A stretch of DNA of 64,000 nt from the IMG/VR virus record IMGVR_UViG_3300032006_002703, positions 32,001 through 96,000 of that record; one strand, given 5' to 3'. Each line of letters begins with the position of its first letter. Position 1 is the stretch's first letter. A program made the position numbers and the translations under genes. Below are positions 48,801 to 57,302 of this stretch, one piece after another. Source of the DNA: a virus. The notes below the pieces were generated by a model. It saw only the letters and a list, made by a program, of their open reading frames with translations. It was not told the DNA's origin and ran no database searches.

Positions 48801-49755
48801 CCCGAATATAGAAAATTTGCCAGTTGACAATGTGTCTGTTCCTCATTTTGTTTCTCACCCCTCTGATCTCCCTGATGGTAAAGGTCATGGTAATTATTCT
48901 TGGATGGGAGAATATTGGGGTTATCCTGTAAAGGGAAATGCGAAATATAGTCCAGATGGAGCTGGCGGAAAAAATAACACAGATCCTATTCAGCCTGATG
49001 GGGCTGGTACTGAATATTCCTATGGGTGGCTTAATGTAGATAAGGTTATAGCTGCCACCGCTGGAGAGTATCCTGTCGAAGAGGGTAGTAATATGAAGGT
49101 TTATTATCATGGAGATTTGAGAGAAAAAACATCAGGCGGCTATGGAACTCAGTCGGCATACGATATGGATAATTTTGAAGAAACGGTTGGGAATAGCGCT
49201 GAGCATACTATAATTAACTTTGGTTCCCCTTATTATCAAACGTCGAGTAATTGTAGATTTGGGCCTCTGCAGGTTGCGAATAAAGCTATTTACGATGGCG
49301 ATTTCTCTAGCAGCTTCACTATTGATGATGATCTTGGGATTATAGATGGGCCAATCGCCCCTAAAATTAATGAGAGTCTGGTTTACGTTGATTGGAGTAA
49401 CGCGCCTTCCACTTCTTGGGATTATGAGGATTTGGCTTATTTCGATTTCAAATTCAGTGTGCAGGATAATTTCCAGATGCGTGATAATATAAAAATGGAA
49501 ACCTATATTCGAATTGGAGACTTTGAATATGATTGGGTTATGCCCACTAATTGGGTTACTGCTAAAAAGATGGCAAGTTGGCATTGGGATACCTCTACAT
49601 ATGTTAGCGCTGAGAATTCTCAAATGCGCTCTGTGGACTTGTATTTAAGGATGGGATATTTTGGGGAAGAGGGTCCAAATAGAAATAAAAACCTGGATGA
49701 CAAAAGAAATAGTGTAAGAAATTATCTACTTAGTAAATATTTAAATATAACATAA
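45880..49755 (+). CDS. large putative receptor-binding/tail fibre protein with LamG-like domain
   Basis: 1291 aa, rich in G/Y/N/W; TFEFIY...NKWYHFAVV...LYVNGKLD. Confidence 0.6.
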   Translation: MSLINLDALEIENAASIVGNDPSSPINPGQAGRIAFAKDTNVLYFAEDETTWIKFLPQEATVGGVGSTPTAPVGSDVDDDGLAQLATGTGFLNGYYTMDAERKEIGIYYSGTFDNPIDPRVFIFETEASYESILQENILGPAETLTYAGQVFSAPDYCWDPEWFATAVDQIQNITLDSITEGDEVSLSVNGQTTTITTSGDDDSDFAVQLKVILQNNHSNFSWSVNGSTVSISAPIGSVILTEGSSSGTGSVTFTEIQAGHAAAPMLEDNSMIMFKNFKDRAGKNTVIAPKYPYSYYASHPLYRAENYDIYNDGSLIESRITGWSGSYVTSRALDKQKSWLNQGRTGVTPRIKKNKITVGGQLFYHTGIEFGWTGMSGDALGNREHWNYSAKQYGQVDGNFRSTDKYVHGRQSGMNIPKKSNLFYTTDKGDDAFAALDFSNTKVNPIYYNHVVLGFGGASQSSKIHGKPRRSYENRHHAIIGNSQMLGFGGNGNDGQGGNSVVASYGPQGILIHNYGYKTSSDKNYDSLWLSPAGGFFSNRVTGYNTYYEAYGHSQDAPWGGGMDDPFDWMWSDMAYNSYYTGLGYSGIGRRHILPWTFNTGAVDLPATEDSAHWLSNDFAGPTDLSDHSHRMQFKNHYTTGLLPYSYGTTAQNRSPDYYGKLEENVDVTMPTTNEVVTFEKYPVIKNGYYFWNGSQAGDYRTNDPDNDGGDWGNPNNGTTQGGYYYYIKQRLPGPGAPSTSSQYPFNYINKSRQWPYNMCTLKDGAFSVPPKETIQGIKDGKWSWGPEDEVTFEFIYKATPIKPNYGDNYWEWTQNNSSYNSAGFNNTYNYAAAQQEGTDHPNSFENMVLNDIHPGNYANVQGSFINLGGHQSYYWLTIGVCAGRLTVVNQRPGKQSRAGEYPASHPFLMGETLLENNKWYHFAVVKHKASEKNRLELYVNGKLDGCASLVADVSQHGSNYNGGTYYTDTSVVPNIENLPVDNVSVPHFVSHPSDLPDGKGHGNYSWMGEYWGYPVKGNAKYSPDGAGGKNNTDPIQPDGAGTEYSYGWLNVDKVIAATAGEYPVEEGSNMKVYYHGDLREKTSGGYGTQSAYDMDNFEETVGNSAEHTIINFGSPYYQTSSNCRFGPLQVANKAIYDGDFSSSFTIDDDLGIIDGPIAPKINESLVYVDWSNAPSTSWDYEDLAYFDFKFSVQDNFQMRDNIKMETYIRIGDFEYDWVMPTNWVTAKKMASWHWDTSTYVSAENSQMRSVDLYLRMGYFGEEGPNRNKNLDDKRNSVRNYLLSKYLNIT

Positions 49756-49756
49756 A

Positions 49757-51418
49757 ATGCCAGATTCAACACAATTAACTGCAAATGCTAATTATACAGA
49801 AGCTTATATTTTAAGCGCTAGTGCGTATCATGCACAAAATAATCCAACGGGAGTAAAGAACGGGGAAATATTTTTTGCAACGGATACTAAAAAAGTTTTC
49901 CTTGGCGTTGTAGACGCTCAAAGCAACCTCACATGGAGAGTATTAGAGTCTATTAATGCTGGTTCAACTTCAGACACAAATCCTATTAGTGCATCAGGCC
50001 CTGCTTGTTGGTATGACGCTAATAATAATTACTCTAATGATGGTGTTGCTCCTGGAATTAGGATGCGGTGCATAAGGGATATGTCTGGTAATGATTATCA
50101 TATGGTTTCAAACCATGCCTCAAGTCAATTTACTTTATCTAAGGACGGCGGGGTTTATTATTTTGGCGACGGGGGGACTGCAGACCCCGATTCCACCTTA
50201 AGGTATAAGTGTGTTGATTCGGTTTTAAATTTAAGCGGTTTGAGAATAGGGGGTAATTTAGCCTTCAGCAATGGAGGCTGTAGCGGACTTGTTGTATTTA
50301 AACTTAAGTCTCCTTATGCTATGGGAACTGGCGATGATCAAAGCGGCCTACATGACGCTTATGCGCATTCTCTGCCATATGAGGAAATTGATACGGTTTA
50401 TGCTAACGAAAGTGATCAAGAGCGCTTCTGGAGAAAAATGAATTGCAAGCCTGCTGATGTTACGAATCATTCTTTTTTCCCTTGGTATTCTGCGTATTTC
50501 TTTGGTAGAAACTATGTCCACGGTACATCAATGAAGCATGGGGGCGGCTATTACTGGTATTCGGTTAGAAACCACACAGCGGGATATGTTCATCCCAGGG
50601 CAGGTATTTTTAATAATTGTCATCTAGGTTGGAATACTTTATTTTTTAGATCTGCAGGGGATGGCAAAGCTGCAGAAATTTTATTAAACGGACGAAATTT
50701 TATAGCCTTATCGGCTCCCATGGCAGAGGGTTCGATTAAAGCGGATTATGATGGTGACTTTGGGCAGGCCCTTTGGGTCACAAACCCTCCTGGTGATAAA
50801 GATTTCCTGCGACCCATAAACACTAAATGGGAACTTCCTGACGCAGATGCGAATGGAGTGAAGACTACCCCGAAGAGTGAATATATCATGCATAATGGTT
50901 ATGCATATGGCCATGCGTACGCGAAATATTGGAGATACCCCTACGTTGAACCTGGCTATGAATGGTATGCGGGGGATAATGTGGATGGCACAAACACGGC
51001 GGATACTGCTTATAGGAAGGGTAGCATGATGAGTTACGGCTACAATAATACGACTACGAGAAATGGGCTAGGTGAGTCGTTATTGGCCCCTGCGAATAGG
51101 CCTAATAGCATATGGTATAATAGTATTATGTCGAATTACAATGGCAATATGCCTAATAAAGATACTATATCTACAAATGACGTTTCTGTTACCGTAGCTA
51201 ATAACCAGCTTGATCTGACTGGCACTCAAACATCCTTATGGTCTGAGAATATAATGTGGAATAAGAGAATTTCTGATGATGACAGAGACGCAGTCCTCAA
51301 GGAGGTTCATACAAAATATCAAGCTAATGGGAGTGCTATGCCGCAATTGCCTGGAGGTAATACAAGTCCAGTTATGATGCCATCTAAAAATAGTCTGAGG
51401 GAAGGCCCCTGGGTGTGA
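49757..51418 (+). CDS. putative tail fibre/lectin-like virion protein
   Basis: GEIFFATDTKKVF; CWYDA...DMSGNDYH LamG-like start; ENIMWNKRISD end. Confidence 0.55.
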   Translation: MPDSTQLTANANYTEAYILSASAYHAQNNPTGVKNGEIFFATDTKKVFLGVVDAQSNLTWRVLESINAGSTSDTNPISASGPACWYDANNNYSNDGVAPGIRMRCIRDMSGNDYHMVSNHASSQFTLSKDGGVYYFGDGGTADPDSTLRYKCVDSVLNLSGLRIGGNLAFSNGGCSGLVVFKLKSPYAMGTGDDQSGLHDAYAHSLPYEEIDTVYANESDQERFWRKMNCKPADVTNHSFFPWYSAYFFGRNYVHGTSMKHGGGYYWYSVRNHTAGYVHPRAGIFNNCHLGWNTLFFRSAGDGKAAEILLNGRNFIALSAPMAEGSIKADYDGDFGQALWVTNPPGDKDFLRPINTKWELPDADANGVKTTPKSEYIMHNGYAYGHAYAKYWRYPYVEPGYEWYAGDNVDGTNTADTAYRKGSMMSYGYNNTTTRNGLGESLLAPANRPNSIWYNSIMSNYNGNMPNKDTISTNDVSVTVANNQLDLTGTQTSLWSENIMWNKRISDDDRDAVLKEVHTKYQANGSAMPQLPGGNTSPVMMPSKNSLREGPWV

Positions 51419-51422
51419 TGTA

Positions 51423-51644
51423 ATGAAGGTGTTTTTATACGAAAGCCTTGAGGATGCAGATTCAGAGAATCAAATCTTCTCTTCGATATTCGGAAGTGTT
51501 TGGTCTCAACCAATGGAAATTACCACTGGTGACGCTAATGGCAAATTTTGGCTACCTTACTTAGCGGAACTTCAGCTGTATCAAGCGACTGGAGTTGTCG
51601 CAGACATTCCGAAAAACGAGATTTATTTACCCGAAGATAATTGA
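51423..51644 (+). CDS. small hypothetical protein (possible fibre chaperone)
   Basis: 73-aa acidic ORF closing the structural block. Confidence 0.45.
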   Translation: MKVFLYESLEDADSENQIFSSIFGSVWSQPMEITTGDANGKFWLPYLAELQLYQATGVVADIPKNEIYLPEDN

Positions 51645-52337
51645 GTAGGCTATCGCTTCTTGGTGAGTGACATAACCTTCGTGGTCATGATCTGGAGTAC
51701 CAACGTTAGGATCTATAGCATCTATTCTTGCGGACAATAATTGTCCAGTAGCATTAAGCTCTCCCGATAGGAGGGAAATATAATTTTGAAGGTTTTCCCC
51801 CGTTTTATTTAACTCTCCAGAGAGTAAAAGTATTCCGTTTTGAAGATTCTGACCCGTTTGGAATAGTTCTCCAGAGAGATTCTTGTGGAGGGCGTAGAGA
51901 TTCTGACCCGTTTGGAATAGTTCTCCAGAGAGATTCTTGTGGAGGGCGTAGAGATTCTGACCCGTTTGGAATAGTTCTCCAGAGAGATTCTTGTGGAGAG
52001 CGTAGAGATTCTGACCCGTTTGGAATAGTTCTCCAGAGAGATTCTTGTGGAGAGCGTAGAGATTCTGACCCGTTTGGAATAGTTCTCCAGAGAGATTCTT
52101 ATGAAGAACATAAAGGTCTTTTCCTGTAACGAATAAATTTCCGCTTGACGCGAATCCAAATTCGCTTGGGCCTCCCCATCCCCATGCTTCCGCTCCAGAT
52201 ATATATTGGGTATAAACTCCATCTACTATTACGTTGTGTCCAGAGACCCATACAAGGGGGTCTAAAACGTTTTCTCCTATTACGAATTCCTCTGGGCCTG
52301 TTCGTTTTAGGTAGTGCTTTATTTGTCTGATTTCCAT
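51627..52337 (-). CDS. coiled-coil fibre-like protein with 18-aa repeats
   Basis: Five LY(A/V)LHKNLSGELFQTGQN repeats; C-terminal AIAYSIIFG. Confidence 0.65.
   Translation of the reverse strand: MEIRQIKHYLKRTGPEEFVIGENVLDPLVWVSGHNVIVDGVYTQYISGAEAWGWGGPSEFGFASSGNLFVTGKDLYVLHKNLSGELFQTGQNLYALHKNLSGELFQTGQNLYALHKNLSGELFQTGQNLYALHKNLSGELFQTGQNLYALHKNLSGELFQTGQNLQNGILLLSGELNKTGENLQNYISLLSGELNATGQLLSARIDAIDPNVGTPDHDHEGYVTHQEAIAYSIIFG
51845..52100. repeat. 54-bp coding tandem repeat, about 5 copies
   Basis: gattctgacccgtttggaatagttctccagagagattctt recurs at 51845, 51899, 51953, 52007 and 52061. Confidence 0.95.
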
Positions 52338-52358
52338 ATTGGGAGATCGAGTTTATGG

Positions 52359-54842
52359 TTAAAGGTTGAAAGCTTCGCTCCATACGGAGATTCCGTCTTC
52401 ATTTGTAGCTTTTACTCTGCTGTAATATGTTGGGGCGGAGTCTGGCTTTTCTAATCCGAGGATAACTTTGCTAAAGCTCTCGTTGCTCTTTTCGCCAAGT
52501 GCTGCAAAGTCATCCCACTCCTCATAGTCATCCACTCCTTCTTCTGTTTCGCCCCAAACTATAATAATAGCGGCTGGTTTTGCTCCATATACTTTACCCT
52601 CCACTATATATGAGATTGCTCCATTGTCTAGTAGTCCCGCATAACCTGCTGATATTTCTCTGACTATAGGAGTTTCGCTTATTAGCCACCCCTGCACTTC
52701 TGGGCTTTCTGTGGCAACTGGCGGTTCTGGAGCTAAGGGTGCTTGAGGGGCCCATGTTGTCCATCTTGTTTCTGGGAGAGGCTCGGGAGGATCAAACGCT
52801 CCGACTACCCTCTCTAGGTTTATTTCTGCGTTAGGATCTAGATACGTAATCGTATAGTCCACGTTGAAGTCGGATATTAAATGATCTCTCTTAATCATTA
52901 TGTCGCTAGCATTGGTGTTGTCTATAGAGACGCTGTGTCCATCGTATAGGTAAAAACTCTTGTAGTTTGTTTCGCTTGAATATATTTTAATAGGATAAAT
53001 AGAATCATTTAAAATTGTTACGTTTTGTATATTATCTAGCCCGTGATCACTTAGTCTTTGTGCGCCATCTTGATTCCCTAGGAATGAGTCTAGCTTTAGT
53101 GCATATTGAGCCTCCGTGTCAAATGCATATTTTCTTTGCTTTGGGCGGTCATCTGGAGCGCTTTCGTCTAATATAAAAAACTGGCCCGCCTCTGGAGTAT
53201 TGGGATTGTCTCTACCGTTTTTATACTGAGTGTTAAATAGGTCGTCAAGGATGTCTCTATCTACTCCGTATTGAGGTGGAGGATTATTTCCGTATACATC
53301 AGAGTCTGGAGCCTCCATTAGAATATGGTCCGCTTCTATTTTTTCTGTAAACGTGTCTGTTCTTTTTGTAAATTGAAGTCTTGATAAAGCGTTGTTTACT
53401 TCTGCTAATCCAGATATATTAACTAGCGCCTGATGGGTTTTTGCGTCAGATGTTATAAGTTTTCCACTGAGAATCGGTATGATTTTATCTAGATCTTGCC
53501 TTGCTAGGAGGGCCTCTCCTGAAATTGATCGAAGTAATCCATGCGCCGTTTCATCAGAATCCACGGTAACTCCAACCTCTATGTCTGCAAGTTCTCCTGA
53601 GATGCCTTTAAGCCATCTATTCGTTTCCGTCATTTGACCAGTAAGAGTACCTGAAACGCTTTCTAGTAGTCCATGGGTTTTTACGTCTGCGTCTGTTGAG
53701 ACGTGGACCTCTATGTCCGCAAGTTCTCCTGAGATGCCTTTGAGCCATCTATTCGTTTCCGTCATTTGACCAGTGAGAGTACCTGAAACGCTTTCTAGTA
53801 GTCCATGGGTTTTTACGTCTGCGTCTGTTGAGACGTGGACCTCTATGTCCGCAAGTTCTCCAGAGATTCCAGATAATTGGATATTAGTTTGCTTTGCTTT
53901 GTTTAAAAGTTCCGTTTCAAGTTGCACGCTCCAAAGGGTTTGATCCTTGATGTCTGCAAGTTTTAAGTATTGGCTGGATGCTGTCTCTTTAAGCGTCTCT
54001 AACTTTGCACTGGTCTCACTTTGTTCAAATAGGTTTCCCGTTAGAGTTCCTGAGATATTTTCCAATAGGCCATGGCTTTTAATATCCGCATCCGTAGAGA
54101 CATGGACCTCTATATCAGAAAGTTCGCCAGATATACCAGAAAGCCACGTGTTGGATGATGTTATTTTATCGTTTATTTTTTGGGATTGATTATCTATGTC
54201 TTCCGAGACTGCAATAACGTCATCTAAACTATTGTTTATGGTAATGAGTCGAGAAATGGAATCTTTTTGTTCGAAGAGTGATCCTGTAAGTGTTCCAGAA
54301 ACGCTTTCAAGTAATTCATGTGTTTTAGTGTCCGCATCTGTAGAAACATGAACTTCTATGTCTGCCAGTTCTCCAGAGATTCCTGAAAGCCACGTGTTGG
54401 ATTTTACGTTTTCAGTTAAGGTGTTTGCCGCAATGGGAAGGCTTGTTTCCGCGAGAGATTTTATCCCTTGTAGTTCACTTAGGTTACCCGCTAGGAGTCC
54501 TACTTGCTGGTTGAGTTGAGGGCTAATAGTTTCTTCTAAGAGATTGTTGGTTTTATTCACCAACAGTAAACTTCCAGAGGTTGACCCAGATATACTGCTC
54601 AAATATGTGTGAGCAACGGTATCATGATCGAGTTTTGCTTCTACATGTATACCGCTTAATTGACCAGAGAAAACTCTTAGTATAGTATCTAACTTATCTT
54701 CATTAGTATCTGGGGTCCAGACGCCAGATTGACTATCCCATCTGTACTGTAACGAAGGCGATGCGGCATTGCCTTGAAACTTCGTGTATTCGTCGGAATA
54801 TGTGGGATTTTTTTTATAATCAGGCTGGTCTTGGTTGGTCAT
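52359..54842 (-). CDS. repeat-rich putative virion fibre protein
   Basis: Repeated GISGELADIEVHVSTDADxKTHxLLESVSGTLTG; FN3-like C-terminus (YYSRVKATNEDG..WS); GTGTA-N13-ATG. Confidence 0.6.
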   Translation of the reverse strand: MTNQDQPDYKKNPTYSDEYTKFQGNAASPSLQYRWDSQSGVWTPDTNEDKLDTILRVFSGQLSGIHVEAKLDHDTVAHTYLSSISGSTSGSLLLVNKTNNLLEETISPQLNQQVGLLAGNLSELQGIKSLAETSLPIAANTLTENVKSNTWLSGISGELADIEVHVSTDADTKTHELLESVSGTLTGSLFEQKDSISRLITINNSLDDVIAVSEDIDNQSQKINDKITSSNTWLSGISGELSDIEVHVSTDADIKSHGLLENISGTLTGNLFEQSETSAKLETLKETASSQYLKLADIKDQTLWSVQLETELLNKAKQTNIQLSGISGELADIEVHVSTDADVKTHGLLESVSGTLTGQMTETNRWLKGISGELADIEVHVSTDADVKTHGLLESVSGTLTGQMTETNRWLKGISGELADIEVGVTVDSDETAHGLLRSISGEALLARQDLDKIIPILSGKLITSDAKTHQALVNISGLAEVNNALSRLQFTKRTDTFTEKIEADHILMEAPDSDVYGNNPPPQYGVDRDILDDLFNTQYKNGRDNPNTPEAGQFFILDESAPDDRPKQRKYAFDTEAQYALKLDSFLGNQDGAQRLSDHGLDNIQNVTILNDSIYPIKIYSSETNYKSFYLYDGHSVSIDNTNASDIMIKRDHLISDFNVDYTITYLDPNAEINLERVVGAFDPPEPLPETRWTTWAPQAPLAPEPPVATESPEVQGWLISETPIVREISAGYAGLLDNGAISYIVEGKVYGAKPAAIIIVWGETEEGVDDYEEWDDFAALGEKSNESFSKVILGLEKPDSAPTYYSRVKATNEDGISVWSEAFNL
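53575..53870. repeat. 132-bp near-identical coding tandem duplication (44 aa)
   Basis: acctctatgtc recurs at 53575, 53707 and 53839. Confidence 0.85.
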
Positions 54843-54877
54843 ACCAAGATATGTTTACACCTAAATGTTAGCCGTTT

Positions 54878-55219
54878 CTACCTATCTTGCGGGTGTTTTT
54901 TCCCTCCGCGCTCTTTACTCCAGTTTTTAAACCACTTTGATTGGACTGGATCCCTTCCGTCTTTATCTTTCCTTTTTTCGGAAAGCTCTTTACTTCGATC
55001 TAGTAAATCTCCGTAAGTTTCTTTCTTGTTTGCCGTTGAAGCTAAAAAATCTTTTGAAGAGTAAGGGTCAACTAAGGTGTCAAATGAGGGGTTCGGCGCA
55101 GTAAATAACCTTACCCATTCAAGTCCGTCTTCATCTATGTATACTTTTTCGTCATTCATCCCTAATATAACCTCTTTAATCTCAAGGGTTTTGGGGTTCT
55201 GGAAATCGTACGCTGGCAT
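54878..55219 (-). CDS. FmdB-like small phage protein (Cys-less variant)
   Basis: MPAYDFQNPKT.E..EV...M N-terminus. Confidence 0.5.
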   Translation of the reverse strand: MPAYDFQNPKTLEIKEVILGMNDEKVYIDEDGLEWVRLFTAPNPSFDTLVDPYSSKDFLASTANKKETYGDLLDRSKELSEKRKDKDGRDPVQSKWFKNWSKERGGKKHPQDR

Positions 55220-55232
55220 ATATAATATTATG

Positions 55233-56318
55233 CTATGAACCTATAATTTCTAAAATTGAAGACATGGAGTTATCGTATTTAAATTCTTCCTGAAGCTCAA
55301 GACCTTTAGCGTTTTCCTTTCCGACCCTTTCTTCTGCTTCTTTCATTGCGTTAATCATATCGCTATCTTCAAAATTATATATATTCCCTACATTGAAGTC
55401 CCCTTCTTCTTGAAAAAACATTCCGTCCGCTGCAGGTTCTTTACCAACTGGATCAATCATGATTGCATTTGAGGGGTTTGCCCAATCTTTATGAGCCCCA
55501 CAATTTAACACAATGCTCCATTTCCCTAGTGCTGATGAATTGAACGCAGGTAAATTCCAGCCTTCTGCGCCACTTAGACCAGATAGATCTATGTCGATAG
55601 CATTAAGATAATCATTAACTTGCGAGTTTTTAGGGAGAAAAGGTAAGAAATTTATATTCCCTATTCTTTCTCCGTTTGTAGGTTTTAGCAAGAGCTGTTT
55701 CATTTGGTCTTCTTTTATGAAGGGATTTGATACGCAGCATGTTAGTTGGTATTTATAGTTATTTCCATAAGTCTCCGCCCATAGTTTTATTATCTTTTCT
55801 GTATGCTTTCGTTTTTCCCATTTTCCCATTAATCCAAAATGAATCTTATCTTTTAGATATTCTTTATTGGTTTTGTGAAAATCGGGGTCGAAACCTAGGG
55901 GTACAAAATGAACATTCTCGCACCCTTTCCTTTTGAATAAGTCAGCCGCGCAGCTGCTACTAAAGATTACCTTATCTTGTAGGTTGACTAGGTTAACCTC
56001 TGTCTCTGTTGGGTTGTCAAGCTCGTAAAATGTATATAAAGTTTGATTTCGAGTTATTCTATTTTCTGAGCCATTTATGTGCCACATTTGAATCGTGGGG
56101 GAGTCTGAACTAACCTTACGAAATCTAGAGTCAACCCCTTCTTGGAGCCAAGCCCTAAAATCTTGAGGCAGTAAATCAAATGCAGAAAGGTCCCCCTTTT
56201 CTCCTATGGGAAAAATAGAGACTTCCTTTTTTAAGTTCCTAAGAGATCTTAAGAAATTTAAAGAAACGTTCCCAAATGAAAGGGAATTTAGGGGACCTTT
56301 GAATACAATATTGTCCAT
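55233..56318 (-). CDS. glycosyltransferase, GT4-like (GT-B)
   Basis: VPLGFDP, GKWEKRK, SGAEGWNLPAFNSSALGK. Confidence 0.78.
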   Translation of the reverse strand: MDNIVFKGPLNSLSFGNVSLNFLRSLRNLKKEVSIFPIGEKGDLSAFDLLPQDFRAWLQEGVDSRFRKVSSDSPTIQMWHINGSENRITRNQTLYTFYELDNPTETEVNLVNLQDKVIFSSSCAADLFKRKGCENVHFVPLGFDPDFHKTNKEYLKDKIHFGLMGKWEKRKHTEKIIKLWAETYGNNYKYQLTCCVSNPFIKEDQMKQLLLKPTNGERIGNINFLPFLPKNSQVNDYLNAIDIDLSGLSGAEGWNLPAFNSSALGKWSIVLNCGAHKDWANPSNAIMIDPVGKEPAADGMFFQEEGDFNVGNIYNFEDSDMINAMKEAEERVGKENAKGLELQEEFKYDNSMSSILEIIGS

Positions 56319-56701
56319 TAAAATGGAATCTCTTCTAAAACTTCATCCTCTGTCTTTTTATTCTCTTGAGAATCTTTCGTTTGCTCCGAATCCTTTTGGT
56401 CACTGAGGAAATGAACCCTTTCTGCGGCGCAGAATAGTTTGGTTCGTTTTTCCTGTTCCTTGGTTTCCCATCTTTTAAGTTCGAGCCTACCTTCCACGAT
56501 AACCTTGCGCCCCTTTTCAAGGAATTTACTACAATTGTCCGCAAGCTTGTTCCAAGCTTCTACGTCAATATAGGTTGGTTCATTCTCCTTATATGGGTTA
56601 TTGATAGCTATGCCGAATTTACAGACGGTGTACTTTTCGTTGATGTTTGAGGATTCTGGATCCCTGGTGAGGTTTCCTTCTGCTATGAATTTATTTAACA
56701 T
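56318..56701 (-). CDS. ssb: single-stranded DNA-binding protein
   Basis: NKFIAEGNLTRDPE, AWNKLA, KGRKVIVEGRL, acidic tail ending EEIPF. Confidence 0.92.
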   Translation of the reverse strand: MLNKFIAEGNLTRDPESSNINEKYTVCKFGIAINNPYKENEPTYIDVEAWNKLADNCSKFLEKGRKVIVEGRLELKRWETKEQEKRTKLFCAAERVHFLSDQKDSEQTKDSQENKKTEDEVLEEIPF

Positions 56702-57302
56702 AATTTATAATTTCCTTGTTAAGGGTTTGTTTTACATATGAAATCGCTGCATTATGAATATTTATGCAACCTTGAATACTTAGGCCCATTTCTTTTGCCA
56801 CATCTTTCCAGGGCATAAGTTTATTTTGTTTTCCCTCTTCATATCTTAAATTAAAGATTCTTCCCACACGATTATCCTTGTGTTCTTTTACTATTTCTAG
56901 TATTTTTTCATAAGAGTCGATATCTAATGATTCTTTCGGATCTGGTGCGTGAGTCTTCATTAAAAATTCGAGGTTATTGTATTTGTGATTGAAGATTTTA
57001 GATTGCTTTTTGTGTTTATTGTAAGTATTTAAACATAACCATCTCGCTTCATTTCCTAGGAATGTAGAAAATTTTGTTTTCTTTGATGGGTTGTATTTAA
57101 GTGCTGCTTGATAAATATAGTAATCCTTTTCCTGTATTAGTTCTAAACCAAATTTCAGAAAGTTCGATCGTTCGAAATGAGATGTTACTATGGATATAAA
57201 AATTCCACTATGTCTCAGGATCAATTCTTTGATCGCAGAATCTGCGGCGTTATTGTCCTTAACGTTTTGGACTAATTGGTTATCTGTAAGTTTTTTAGGC
57301 AT
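56691..57302 (-). CDS. phage-encoded sigma70-family sigma factor (regions 2 and 4)
   Basis: AALKYNPSKKTKFSTF (region 2.3); IFNLRY...WKDVAKEMGLS (region 4 HTH). Confidence 0.8.
   Translation of the reverse strand: MPKKLTDNQLVQNVKDNNAADSAIKELILRHSGIFISIVTSHFERSNFLKFGLELIQEKDYYIYQAALKYNPSKKTKFSTFLGNEARWLCLNTYNKHKKQSKIFNHKYNNLEFLMKTHAPDPKESLDIDSYEKILEIVKEHKDNRVGRIFNLRYEEGKQNKLMPWKDVAKEMGLSIQGCINIHNAAISYVKQTLNKEIINYVK

Noticed and set aside
45880-51418. Diversity-generating retroelement acting on the fibre genes
   Set aside because: No reverse transcriptase and no template/variable repeat pair with adenine-specific mismatches were seen in the window.
51845-52100. 54-bp repeats as a CRISPR array or iterons
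   Set aside because: These are in-frame coding repeats without spacers.
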